Shown here piece after piece: positions 24,654 through 38,169 of a stretch of 46,218 nucleotides of DNA. The stretch is from the NCBI RefSeq assembly GCF_001194135.2, contig NC_069003.1, positions 16,011,229-16,057,446 of the forward strand, in the 5' to 3' direction. Source of the stretch: Octopus bimaculoides (lineage: Eukaryota). Below the pieces are notes generated by a model. The model searched no databases. It was not told the DNA's origin and was given only the letters and a program-made list of their open reading frames with translations. The position numbers and the translations under genes are program-made. Position 1 is the first letter of the stretch; each line of letters starts with the position of its first letter.

Positions 24654-24833
24654 TTGCAGACAAGAAAGTAAATTTCGAATGCAGTAAATCTGTAAGAACA
24701 GCAGAGAAAGATTAGATATTTCAGAAGGCCTCTACACTCTACAGGACTCCAACCCATACCCATCAGATACCGTCTTCTTTCTCTGCCGTTCTTACAATTT
24801 TATTGCGTTCGTAATTTACTTTGTCAACTGCAA
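24654..24833. repeat. 180-bp foldback element (~58-bp arms), MITE-like
   Basis: ttgcag...aaagtaaatttcgaatgcagtaaatctgtaagaacagcagagaaaga versus its reverse complement at 24776-24833. Confidence 0.85.
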
Positions 24834-24883
24834 AATACCTACCACATCCAACGCTTCCAAAGTTTGTTTATAAAATGTTGTCA

Positions 24884-24935
<52 letters not shown>

Positions 24936-26036
24936 NNNNNNNNNNNNNNNNNNNNNNNNNNNNNNNNNNNNNNNNNNNNNNNNNNNNNNNNNNNNNNNNN
25001 NNNNNNNNNNNNNNNNNNNNNNNNNNNNNNNNNNNNNNNNNNNNNNNNNNNNNNNNNNNNNNNNNNNNNNNNNNNNNNNNNNNNNNNNNNNNNNNNNNNN
25101 NNNNNNNNNNNNNNNNNNNNNNNNNNNNNNNNNNNNNNNNNNNNNNNNNNNNNNNNNNNNNNNNNNNNNNNNNNNNNNNNNNNNNNNNNNNNNNNNNNNN
25201 NNNNNNNNNNNNNNNNNNNNNNNNNNNNNNNNNNNNNNNNNNNNNNNNNNNNNNNNNNNNNNNNNNNNNNNNNNNNNNNNNNNNNNNNATATTTATATAT
25301 ATATATATATATATACCCATATGTCGTTATCTCTCTATTTATCCATAAATCTCTTTAACTGCTTCTCTAATATAGAAATCTATGTAGCAAACTATATATA
25401 TATATATATATGTGTGTGTATGTCACGCTGCATCTCTTGTAATAATCTTGGTCTCTTCCTCTCTCTCCCTCTCATCCCCTCTCTCTCTCTCTCTCTCTCT
25501 CCCTCTCTCTCTCTCTCTAGCTTTCTCCCTTATTCTCTCTCCACTATTCTGTTGTCTTACTTTTCTCTCCTCGTCTCCACTGACGATTGGAAGTGAAGAC
25601 GTTAGAAGTCGATTACAAAGGAGGAGGTATTAAGACAGTAACAGCATAGTCACAGCTGTCATCTTAAATTTAGTTTATAAGATACTTACAGAAAATCCTT
25701 AAGGATGGCAGGAACTTGTTGTCAGCAAGTATCAGCGCACACTTACGGACACACACATGCACACATATAAGTGCTTATACATGCATATAATATACATAAC
25801 TATTCATGCATGTGTAAGTAAATATAAGTATATACATATGCACAACCGTACATATGTATATACATATATATATATATATATAAATATATATACTCACACA
25901 CACATACACATACACACACACATACACACACACACACATACACACACACACACATATTTCAAAATGTAATTACATGTGAATCGTTGGTGATTTTTTCCTC
26001 CGTCTTCCTTTTCTCTTGGACTTTCCTCCGTCTCCT

Positions 26037-26071
26037 GTTTCTGAAGAAGAGCTTTCATCGAAACGTAAAAC
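26037..26071 (+). ncRNA. Minimal hammerhead motif with a degenerate stem II
   Basis: GUUU-CUGAAGA-A-GA..UC-GAAA-CG-UA|AAAC. Stem I 4 bp, stem II only 2 bp. Confidence 0.5.
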
Positions 26072-26657
26072 TACCTTTCTTTCCTTCCCTGAGCGTCTGC
26101 TAATAGTTTGCATGCATCACATCCTCGCGTCTTTTTATTATGTTTTTCTAAGAGGTTTTTTTTTGGGGGGGGGTTAATTTTATATATATATATATATATN
26201 NNNNNNNNNNNNNNNNNNNNNNNNNNNNNNNNNNNNNNNNNNNNNNNNNNNNNNNNNNNNNNNNNNNNNNNNNNNNNNNNNNNNNNNNNNNNNNNNNNNN
26301 NNNNNNNNNNNNNNNNNNNNNNNNNNNNNNNNNNNNNNNNNNNNNNNNNNNNNNNNNNNNNNNNNNNNNNNNNNNNNNNNNNNNNNNNNNNNNNNNNNNN
26401 NNNNNNNNNNNNNNNNNNNNNNNNNNNNNNNNNNNNNNNNNNNNNNNNNNNNNNNNNNNNNNNNNNNNNNNNNNNNNNNNNNNNNNNNNNNNNNNNNNNN
26501 NNNNNNNNNNNNNNNNNNNNNNNNNNNNNNNNNNNNNNNNNNNNNNNNNNNNNNNNNNNNNNNNNNACAGCAGTACGCGAGGAAGGAGGAGGAGGAGAAG
26601 AAGAAGAAGAAGAAGAAGAAGAAGAAGAAGAAGAAGAAGAAGAAGAAGAAGAAGAAG

Positions 26658-26864
26658 ATTCACAATTGGTTTCTAAAACAAGAAACAGTTAATTTACGGC
26701 ATAAATTGCAAATTAACAATTACTGTGTATATTACTTAGCGTATTAGCACACTTTGAACACATGTCTACTGGCCTAAGGGCGCTCTTTGACCATCTTTAG
26801 GAAGAGAGTTGCCGTCTTTGAAGTAAAGAACATGTAATTGTCACCTTGGATCCTCAAAACAAAG
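26658..26864 (+). repeat. Unclassified interspersed repeat, copy 1 (inverted relative to 43170-43404)
   Basis: Near-identical to the reverse complement of 43170-43404 except for a 28-bp deletion. Confidence 0.9.
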
Positions 26865-27083
26865 TTCTGGAGGATAGTGTCGAGTGTTTGAAAGCTATGG
26901 AAATATTTTTAAAAGGCATTTCATTTAATTTTTCCACCATTTAGTTGTTTTTCATGCTTTACTCTAAGTTGAAAAAGTCGCAAAAACTGAAACTGGTACC
27001 AAAATGTTCTTCATGATAAAATTATTTTAGCATTACTTACCTTCTCTTACTTTCCTTATACATACATACATACATACATATAT

Positions 27084-27235
<152 letters not shown>

Positions 27236-28232
27236 GTATAAGAATGGATATATATATCATCATCATCATCATCATCATCATCATGATGACTTTTTACTGT
27301 TTAGTTCCGTGGCGTCATAAGATCCCATATCTAGCATATGCTCCTTCTTTCCTCACGTTCTAATATGGCTGCTAGAAACTACGGATGGACGTGATCAGCT
27401 TCATACCTTCATGAAACAGATTAATCACGTGACAAGGTTTTTTGCAGCCATACTAACCCTTTATCTTTCCTGTGTATCACATGTGATAGACAGGACGTAT
27501 CTCCCTTGCGTCCATGCATTATACATGATATACATAGCTTTTTTTCTTCACCCACCAGAGTAACTTGAGGAAAAACTTTATATTATTCAGAACATACGAA
27601 ACAAAGGATAACTATAAATCTATAAACAAAGATGAACATTTAGGACAAAATTATGAAAAGGGTTAAATCATAACCAAACAGCATAGACGTAATACGGTAC
27701 CACATTTCATTCCTCTACTGGCTTAAACCTGAAATAAGTGAAACACCTTCTGTGATAGAAGTCTAATTTGCTATATATTACATAGATAGTATCTAACGTA
27801 TTGATGCAATGTCAAAGCTCTTGGCCAAAATAACAATGCAATAAGTAGATTCTACACAATTTTCTTCTCCTTTATACATTCCTACTTTCCATTTCTCTAA
27901 TAAGATTCGCTTGAACTAAACAGTGTAATTGTATCTCATATCCGTAATGGCTATAACTCTAATATAAGCTTAAATTTCAGAATTCCTCTGACGAGTCACG
28001 TAAGGTTGAAAGAGACATGTAATTGGAATATGATTAAATAAATAGAAAATAGATAATCATGTCATTGTTTTGTTTGTTGTTGAATTTTTTGTTTCAAATA
28101 TCGGAAGAGAGAAAAATGTTCGAAAAACAATTATCTCCATTCATAGAAAAAACAAAGATGAGCAAAATGCGAACGACTGCATCTCTCTCTTTATATATAC
28201 GTGCATATTAGCAGACACATATTAAAGCATAA

Positions 28233-28273
<41 letters not shown>

Positions 28274-29025
28274 NNNNNNNNNNNNNNNNNNNNNNNNNNN
28301 NNNNNNNNNNNNNNNNNNNNNNNNNNNNNNNNNNNNNNNNNNNNNNNNNNNNNNNNNNNNNNNNNNNNNNNNNNNNNNNNNNNNNNNNNNNNNNNNNNNN
28401 NNNNNNNNNNNNNNNNNNNNNNNNNNNNNNNNNNNNNNNNNNNNNNNNNNNNNNNNNNNNNNNNNNNNNNNNNNNNNNNNNNNNNNNNNNNNNNNNNNNN
28501 NNNNNNNNNNNNNNNNNNNNNNNNNNNNNNNNNNNNNNNNNNNNNNNNNNNNNNNNNNNNNNNNNNNNNNNNNNNNNNNNNNNNNNNNNNNNNNNNNNNN
28601 NNNNNNNNNNNNNNNNNNNNNNNNNNNNNNNNNNNNNNNNNNNNNNNNNNNNNNNNNNNNNNNNNNNNNNNNNNNNNNNNNNNNNNNNNNNNNNNNNNNN
28701 NNNNNNNNNNNNNNNNNNNNNNNNNNNNNNNNNNNNNNNNNNNNNNNNNNNNNNNNNNNNNNNNNNNNNNNNNNNNNNNNNNNNNNNNNNNNNNNNNNNN
28801 NNNNNNNNNNNNNNNNNNNNNNNNNNNNNNNNNNNNNNNNNNNNNNNNNNNNNNNNNNNNNNNNNNNNNNNNNNNNNNNNNNNNNNNNNNNNNNNNNNNN
28901 NNNNNNNNNNNNNNNNNNNNNNNNNNATATATATAAATGTGTGTGCATGTGCGTTTGTGTAGTATATGCGTTTGTATATACATGTACATTAATATATATA
29001 TATACATCTATACACATACACACAC

Positions 29026-29076
<51 letters not shown>

Positions 29077-29239
29077 AGTACATATACTCATATACATGTG
29101 CCTGCGTCTGCATGTAATTATTTCTGTTATGTATTTGAACTTCTTTTCAACAATTTACACGGAGCTTCCATTGTCACACAAATTAACCAATCTGTAAAGC
29201 ATCTTATCTCATTCATTCCGTCTGTTTTCTTAGAAGTTG

Positions 29240-29563
29240 TTTTCCAAACAAACGGATGACGGTGACTACGACCACGACCACCACCATCACCACCACCTCC
29301 ACTACGACGGCGATGGTGATAACCACAATGATGATGATGATGATGGTGTTGTCGAGGAAAGGAGAGTGGTGGTAATGGTTGCAGTAATGATAATGACGAC
29401 AGAATTCAAGGTGGCGACAGCGGCAGCAGCAAAGATGCTGACGAGGATAATGATGACGATGGCGATGAAAATGAAGTAAAAGAACAAAAGGGAGGAGGAG
29501 GAGGAGGGGTGGTGGAATGAGAGAAGAATGCACGATAATCCGAATGTTATTGTTATTATCATT

Positions 29564-29644
<81 letters not shown>

Positions 29645-29841
29645 ATTATCCTTATAACAACAAGAAACACAACGAGTATGTTCTAATGAATGTTATCGTA
29701 GAAATATCAATTGAGGATATTGTGATTAGCAATGATAATGAAAACAACACAATCATAATAATAATAATAATAATAATAACAATAATAATAATAACAATAA
29801 CTATAGCTATAACAATAATAGTGCTGCTGCTGATTATTATA

Positions 29842-29915
<74 letters not shown>

Positions 29916-29961
29916 GATGATGATGATGATGCTGATGATGATGATGCTGATGATGATGATA

Positions 29962-30016
<55 letters not shown>

Positions 30017-30120
30017 CGATGATGATAGAGATAGTAATTGTAATTATCATTATTGTTATTTATCAAATGCGGCAAGAGGAGGAGGTGGTGGAAGAAGTGG
30101 TGATAATGATGAAGTTACTG
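29240..30120. repeat. Compound trinucleotide tract: (ACC)n, (ATT)n, (AAT)n, (ATG)n
   Basis: Directly visible. Confidence 0.95.
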
Positions 30121-31106
30121 GATTCTTTAAATTGAACCGACAATTTTTCATCACCGTTTGCTTAACCACCTATGCCAGCACCATAACCACTACCACAATA
30201 CCACCATCATTTCTGCAATAGCCACCATCTCCTCTACCCCAGCCACCGCTTCCAACAAAACCATAACGACCATCACCACCATCAGCACAGCATTAACCGT
30301 AGCACTAGCATTGCCTACACCACTAACACTGGTGTTCAAATAGACCAGGAAATTGAATGACGATCACCTTGTCCCACCCTCCCTTCGTCTCCGCACATCG
30401 GATCTTTCTCTACATACATGTCTCCCTCCTTATCTTTCGAGATTTCTAGTCCAGATTTCTCGGAGTGACTTATATATGCGATTGCCTAAAACACACATAC
30501 ACACATACACACGCACACATATATACACACACACATATACACACACACATACATACATACATACATACATGCATATGTGTAACTGTGTGTGAAATATTTG
30601 AAAGAAAGGCAGTGAAAGGTTGCGCAGTGATGCGACAGAGAGTCGCAAAGACAAAGACGACGCATACGTTGCTTTCTTTCATTTCGCCTTCTGAAACCGT
30701 TCTAGATTAATCGACAGAGAGTTTAGCATAAAAAGAAAGAGTTAATTAGAAAGAGGTTGAGTTAGTCGTAATTTGCATAATTAAAAAATATATAATGAAA
30801 TAAGGGGAAGTAACTGAAGTGGACCAATGCTATGAATTTGAATAAATAAGATAAGAAATGCATATACTGAATTATCATTCAGAAATTCTTCATTCATTTA
30901 AATTCGTTAACGAAGGTAAGACTTTCTCTTAAATATGTTAACTAATTTGTCAAAATTAATTGTTAAGGCCTCACTTGGTGAAACGTACAGAACTGATGAT
31001 TGAAAAAGATGAGGATACATCAGGTAAAAGAGAGGATGGGGAAGATAAGTGAGATTTAGATGAAAAGAAATTACCATAAAGGTAGTGTTTTTATACGTAT
31101 ATATAC

Positions 31107-31177
<71 letters not shown>

Positions 31178-31540
31178 GTGTCTGTGTCTGTGTGTGTGTG
31201 TGTGTGTGTAAGCGGTCTAAGAATCCATGAGTCAGGGAAAATGGAGGCTAACAGACACATCCGGGTTGTGGTTGCTGTGAAAAAGACGTTGAAACGAACT
31301 GAGCAAGGTTTAGGTTAAAAGTTATGTCCCTTGGCACCCAAAATACCATCTCTGGGGATGTTGCAAGTCGGCAAGAGATTTCTAGGGCGTTTATGTATGC
31401 ATGCGGTATGTGTAGCGGTACAATATGTGTGGGGGGTTATATCGAGCGGAGTGGAAAATGATCTATTGGGTGGATGTCCGCCGTGTTAGGGCATGTATGT
31501 TTGTGAGTACATTTGTGTATGTTCTGGGTATGCCAGGCCG

Positions 31541-31690
31541 AAGCTGGGGGACTGGTGATTATAGTCACGATGGGGCATGCAGGTACAATAGGATGTACTT
31601 ATTTTGTTAGGTCGCATACACATTTGTGTTCGTTAGTGTCTTAGATCACATCGCACTCCATCATGACTACAATCACCAGTTGCCCAGCTT
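31541..31690. repeat. 150-bp foldback (35-bp arms, 5 mismatches)
   Basis: aagctgggggactggtgattatagtcacgatgggg versus ctccatcatgactacaatcaccagttgcccagctt. Confidence 0.8.
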
Positions 31691-32026
31691 TGGTACTCCT
31701 AACACCAATACCTGAGGCTGAATCAGTCGGTAACATAGAGACGGAGGTAATTGGTGCCTCCAGTTAAGATTGCAGTTGTGTTAAGGAAGAGAGCCTGATC
31801 GTAGCAACGAGCCAGGAAAAATCTTTTACTTGTTTCAGTCATTGGACTGCGGCCATACTTGGGCAGCACCTTGAAAGTCTTTATCGAAAAAATCCGCTCT
31901 GGTATTTATCTTGTTTTTTTTTCTGGTACCTGTTCGGTCTGTATTGAACCGCTAAAATACGGGGGACGTAAACAATAAAACACAGGTTGTCAGGCAGTGA
32001 AGGGGAGACAAACACACACATACATA

Positions 32027-32058
<32 letters not shown>

Positions 32059-32084
32059 TGTGTGTGTGTGACAGGCTGCCACTC

Positions 32085-32220
32085 AGTTTCTGTTTACTAG
32101 GTTCAGTTAGAAGGCATCGATCGACCCGAGGCTATCGTAGAAGACACCCAAGGTGCTGCGCAGTAGGACTAAACCAAGAACCATGCGGTTGGACAACAAA
32201 GTTCTTACCACACAACCACT
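32085..32220 (-). mobile_element. CORE-type tRNA SINE (family B)
   Basis: Reverse complement ggtttagtcctactgcgcagcaccttgggtgtcttctacgatagcctcggg. Confidence 0.75.
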
Positions 32221-32516
32221 TTTATATTTATATTTTTGAGATAGATCTTGTTTGTGGTACATATACAAACTAGCAGAGGTACCCGACCATGCCCTTCGGA
32301 TGATCACGATGTATTAATGTAGTACTTTAGGCACACATTACATTAGTTGGCCTTTTTCATATTTGGTCGATAGTATTGCAGAGAGTTTAACTTAATCACT
32401 TCTGCTGTACATGGGTTGTTTCTAACAGCAAGTTTTTAACCCCGAGTATACCTACCACCTCTCCACTCATGGATACACCACGAAAGAAAGAGAAGCAAAT
32501 ATGTTCGCAGCATTTG

Positions 32517-32730
32517 TGAAAGCGGCGAATTGGTAGAATCATTAGCACGCTTTGAAAGTGCTTAGCAGCATGTTGTCTGTCTTTACTCTTTGAGTTCAAA
32601 TTCCCCCCAGATCGACTTTGTCTTTCATCCTTTCAGAGTCAATTAAATAAGTACCAGTCAAGCACTGGGGTCGATATAATCTACTTGTCGACTTTACCTT
32701 TCATTCTTCCGGGGTCGATAAGTAACAGTT
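32517..32730 (+). mobile_element. tRNA SINE family A with an internally duplicated central domain
   Basis: Head gcggcgaattggtagaatcattagcacg; tcgacttt..ctttcat.ctt occurs twice. Confidence 0.8.
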
Positions 32731-32975
32731 GGACTCTGACTATACCCCTCCCACCAACTTTCTGGCCTTCTGCCAAAATTTCAAATCAATATTCTTTCTT
32801 CTCTCATTAACAATAACGTTTCCTCTTTTTTCCTTTTTCTCTTCTTTTCCATTTTTTTTTTACTCTTATAACAAAAAATCTAGTCTTTATTCCTTTTCAA
32901 TCTTCATTTCTAGTTCACTTTCTTTTCTTCTTTTCCTTCTTCCCTCCTTCAGTCATTTCCACTTCTTATTCTCTC

Positions 32976-33015
<40 letters not shown>

Positions 33016-33025
33016 NNNNNNNNNN

Positions 33026-33067
<42 letters not shown>

Positions 33068-33715
33068 CACACTATCTCCCTCTCTATCTCTTACTCTCTT
33101 TCTCTATCTCACCGCTTCGTTTAGTGTTATCGTTACTGCTTCTGTCATGGTTCCAGTTGCCGCTCTTCTTCTTCTTCTAGTATTACTACTACTACTACTG
33201 CTACTACTACTACTACTACTACTATCTATCTATCTATATATCTATCTATCTATCTATCTCTTCTACGTCATCATTTTTCTACCCCTTCTACAGATTCTAA
33301 TTCTTTTTCTTCCTTCTCCCTTTTCTTCTCCCTCTTCTCCTTTCCTTCTTTTTTAACTTCCTTTTCTTCATTTTTCATTCCTCTACCCCTCCTTCTCCTT
33401 TTCTTCTCTTTTCTTCTACATCTTTCTCATTTTCTTCTTCATCTACTTTTTTCTTCTTTATTCTCTTTCTTCATCCTCTGCTTCTACCTCCTCTTTTTTT
33501 CTGCTTCTTCTTTTTCTTCTACCCCTTCTTCTCCTACCTCTCCTCTTTCTTCTCCTTCTTCTTCTTCCTCTTCTTCTTATGTAATCAGGTTACCTCCTTC
33601 CCCGAACTTGCTGGCCTTGTGGCAAAATTTGAAATCATCATCATCATCATAATTATGATAATGATTATTATTATCATTATCATCATTATTATTGTGATCA
33701 TTATTATTATTGTTA

Positions 33716-33771
<56 letters not shown>

Positions 33772-34106
33772 TATTTTCTCTATTTCACTAATATATATTT
33801 AATTGTCTCTCTGTTCTGCATTTTATTTCTTTGTTTTTCAATTCACTTTTAACACATTGATCTTTTATGTTAACGAGGTTCTTCACAGCTCCAAAAATGA
33901 AGTGTTTCATAGCGAAAGAATTAAAAAAAGAAAATTTAACTTTTAAGTATACGACTTCTACGATTAATACTACCACCCCCACCCTCATTCCTATTACTAC
34001 TACCACTTCCACCCTTATTCCTATTAATACAACTACTACTACCATCACCACTACAACAATTGTGACTACTATTATAATTATTGCTACAAGTGATCTGAGA
34101 TGGTCT

Positions 34107-34173
<67 letters not shown>

Positions 34174-34723
34174 ATGGTGTGATGTGTTTCCTGCTACTCT
34201 GGAAGAACAAGAACATTAGCAAGTCTAAGATGACAACATTCACCACTTCAAAGTCTCTTTCACAACTCCAAAATCTAAGGGTTGAGGGTGGGCGGGTGTT
34301 CGGAAAGGATGTAACACTTCCATTCGTTCGTGTCTTCACAGTTCATCGAGTACCATAAGAGTTCTGAAGAGCAGGAGGAGCCGGAGACAACGATGATGAT
34401 AGTGGCGGTAGTGGTGATAGTAGCAGCGAAAGTGGTAGTAGTGGAGGTAGCTGTGGTGGTCGTCGTGGCAGTAGTGATGGGGTGATGGTTGAAGGGATGC
34501 TTCTCCAATTGCACGTGAGAATTCAGAAAACTAAGAACAATCGTGTTATAGTTGTTGTTGATGATGATGATGATGATGATGAGGAGGAGGAGGAGGAGGA
34601 GGAGGAGGAGGAGGATGATGATGATGATGAGGATGATGATGATGATGTTTCACACTACTTCGGCTCTGATCCAGGATCGAGCCCCAACCTTCCCATAGTT
34701 CTGACCTTTACTACTACTACTAC

Positions 34724-34769
<46 letters not shown>

Positions 34770-34772
<3 letters not shown>

Positions 34773-35530
34773 GTTTCAAATTTTAGCTCAAGACCAGCAA
34801 TTTTGGGGAGAGGATCAGTCGATTACATCGACCCCAGTGTTCAACTGGCACTTATTTTATCGACCCCGAAAGAATGAAAAGTAGAGTCACCTCGGCGAAA
34901 TTTGAACTCAGAACATAATGACAGCATCTTGTCCGGCGAGCTAACGATTCTGCTAGCTGACCATTGTAATAATTGTAATAATCCTTTCAACAATAGGAAC
35001 AAGGTGTGAAATTTTAGAGGAAGAGTTTTAGCCGATTAGATCTAATCCAGTATTACACTCCACTAGTACTTATTTTATCGACCTCAAAAAGAAGAAAGTA
35101 AAGTCGACCTCGATAACATTTGAACTCAAAGCCTAAATACAGAAAAAAATACCGCTAATCGTATTGCACACCTTGCTAACAATTCTGCTATTTCACCGCC
35201 TTACTAATTATAATAATAACCTTTTCTACTAACGGCACAAGGCCTGAAATTTGGTGGGAAGAGGTTTGGTCGATTACATATCCCGCTAAGTATTTCGGCG
35301 TGCTAACGTTTCTAATTTCTTTATTGCCCACAAGGGGATAAACATACAGGGGACAAACAAGGACAGACAAAGCGATTAAGTCGATTACATCGACCCAAGT
35401 GCGTAACTGGTACTTAATTTATCGACCCCGAATAGATGAAATGCAAAGTCAACCTCGGCGAAATTTGAACTCAGAACGTAACGTAAGCATTTCGCCCGGT
35501 GTGCTGACGTTTCTGCCAGCTCGCCGCCTT
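34770..35530 (-). mobile_element. Tandem array of four family A SINE copies or fragments in the same orientation
   Basis: Repeated atcgaccccgaa...tgaaa...gtc.acctcggcgaaatttgaactcag at about 34860, 35080 and 35420, plus a 3' fragment at about 35221-35285. Confidence 0.85.
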
Positions 35531-35819
35531 ATTAGAGGCTCAATATTAACAAAACTTGATTTCAAGGGAAATCTACAAGGTAAAGTTTTGCCGAGCGAAA
35601 CTAGCCAAACAAAGATCAGTATGTCCAGACACACTTAAAGTTTTATTTCGATAGACAGACTGAACATTTCTTACCGCTTCTAACGCTGAAGAGCTCCTTC
35701 TGAATCCATACAATACGTAGTATCTGATATGGGTCTGATCGAAACTCATTTTAAAGGCTAAAATCAATACGAGTTAATCAATATCGTATAATGAAATCTG
35801 CAAAAAAGAAATTAGAATG

Positions 35820-35906
35820 TAAAAATTAATGCGCATATGTATATATATATGTACAAGTCTGTGTGTGTGTGTGTGTACATGTGTGCATGTGTGTATGCGC
35901 GCGTGC

Positions 35907-35953
<47 letters not shown>

Positions 35954-36089
35954 CATACATACAGCGAGAAAGTGAGAGAAAGAATATATGACAAAAAAGA
36001 TAGAGAGATAGTGACAGATAAATAGACAGACATACAGACAGTCTGACAGGCAGTTACACACATAGAGATAGATATATAGATAGATAGAC

Positions 36090-36177
<88 letters not shown>

Positions 36178-36216
36178 GGGCAGGCAGTCATACACACAGA
36201 CAGGCAGACAGATAAA

Positions 36217-36274
<58 letters not shown>

Positions 36275-36275
36275 T
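35820..36275. repeat. (GT)n, (AGAT)n, (AGAC)n compound microsatellite
   Basis: Directly visible. Confidence 0.95.
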
Positions 36276-36662
36276 GTAAAAAAGTGAAAGAAAATGTTTA
36301 ACTTACGTGCCATTGCATACAACATATGGGGCATTGTTTCACAAGTTCAAATGGAAAAGCAGACAACAGACAAATGACGTAAACAAGACACGACTCAGCA
36401 AAACAAATACAATGTCAGGTTTGATAAATGATAAAAGGTAAGTGGATGATGGGAGGAGGAGGAAGGCAAGATAAGGAGGAAAACGAGTATGTCGAAAGGA
36501 GGAGATATAGACTGTAATGAGAGAGTGAAAAGAAGGAGAATGGTGAAGAAAAAAGCGAGAAATAAATAAGATGACGCTGCATTCAGCAGACGACACATTG
36601 CTTCACGTGATCAAATGGAAAGAGCAGACGACAGACAACACATCACAATAACCAGCAGACGA

Positions 36663-36699
<37 letters not shown>

Positions 36700-38124
36700 N
36701 NNNNNNNNNNNNNNNNNNNNNNNNNNNNNNNNNNNNNNNNNNNNNNNNNNNNNNNNNNNNNNNNNNNNNNNNNNNNNNNNNNNNNNNNNNNNNNNNNNNN
36801 NNNNNNNNNNNNNNNNNNNNNNNNNNNNNNNNNNNNNNNNNNNNNNNNNNNNNNNNNNNNNNNNNNNNNNNNNNNNNNNNNNNNNNNNNNNNNNNNNNNN
36901 NNNNNNNNNNNNNNNNNNNNNNNNNNNNNNNNNNNNNNNNNNNNNNNNNNNNNNNNNNNNNNNNNNNNNNNNNNNNNNNNNNNNNNNNNNNNNNNNNNNN
37001 NNNNNNNNNNNNNNNNNNNNNNNNNNNNNNNNNNNNNNNNNNNNNNNNNNNNNNNNNNNNNNNNNNNNNNNNNNNNNNNNNNNNNNNNNNNNNNNNNNNN
37101 NNNNNNNNNNNNNNNNNNNNNNNNNNNNNNNNNNNNNNNNNNNNNNNNNNNNNNNNNNNNNNNNNNNNNNNNNNNNNNNNNNNNNNNNNNNNNNNNNNNN
37201 NNNNNNNNNNNNNNNNNNNNNNNNNNNNNNNNNNNNNNNNNNNNNNNNNNNNNNNNNNNNNNNNNNNNNNNNNNNNNNNNNNNNNNNNNNNNNNNNNNNN
37301 NNNNNNNNNNNNNNNNNNNNNNNNNNNNNNNNNNNNNNNNNNNNNNNNNNNNNNNNNNNNNNNNNNNNNNNNNNNNNNNNNNNNNNNNNNNNNNNNNNNN
37401 NNNNNNNNNNNNNNNNNNNNNNNNNNNNCCACACCTTACAAGATAGCAATCTGGGAGTCGCACCAATGGATTCTTCATGGTCGAAAATGCCCGGAATCGG
37501 CTATTTGTTTTTTTGTTTTCTTATCATTGCTTCCTAACACGTGAATTTTTGCATTAAGGATAATTTTAAACCATAAATTCTAACAAGTTTCAGGTGGCCA
37601 TTATTTGCAAACATGAGTTCAGTCCCCTTCTAGCGACGGTGCAAAGACAGAGAGCAACAGAGATAACAGATTTTTTAAATTTCCTCTTTTTACTGCTCCC
37701 TTTATCCACAACTAATTTGCATAATTGCTGAATCCGTTGCTCTACTCATACCCACATATAGCTGGTCGTGCGTGAACATGGCAGACAGCAGTAGTTACCA
37801 GACCAAAAATCATCACTGTTCACTGTAGACACGCTCCTTCGCAACCGATCAGCTATTATTAAACAATGTTACGAAACGCTCCACCATGGCCGCAGTCACA
37901 TGACAGAAACAAGTAAAGCAATAAAATCTATGCCATTTTCATCCCGAGGAAGGCCGGGTACCTCTGCTAGTATATATATATATATATACATATATGTACT
38001 CGCACTTCGTATTAATTGTTGTTTATGTTTTGTGACGTCCTGTGCCCACATATGCATATGTATATAGGTAAACATGTATGTACGTATACGTATGTATATA
38101 TGTACACACAGACACACACACTTA

Positions 38125-38169
<45 letters not shown>

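Noticed and set aside
26799-26836. KRVAVFEVKNM after an AG, resembling SCYL2 EVAVFVFDKK
   Set aside because: It hits a stop immediately and lies within a repeat that is also present inverted at 43.2 kb.
27985-28030. CTGACGAG...GAAA hammerhead-like string; similar CTGATGAG strings at 14878 and 45559
   Set aside because: Stems II, III and I cannot be closed with a correct UH site.
33867-34358. Mucin-like Thr-rich ORF with a 30-bp repeat
   Set aside because: It is built from ACT/AGT microsatellite duplications and has no signal peptide or splice support.
36410-36443. Strong donor AAG|gtaagt that would splice in frame to the 100-nt exon (MSGLINDKS)
   Set aside because: No SCYL2 similarity and no convincing acceptor.
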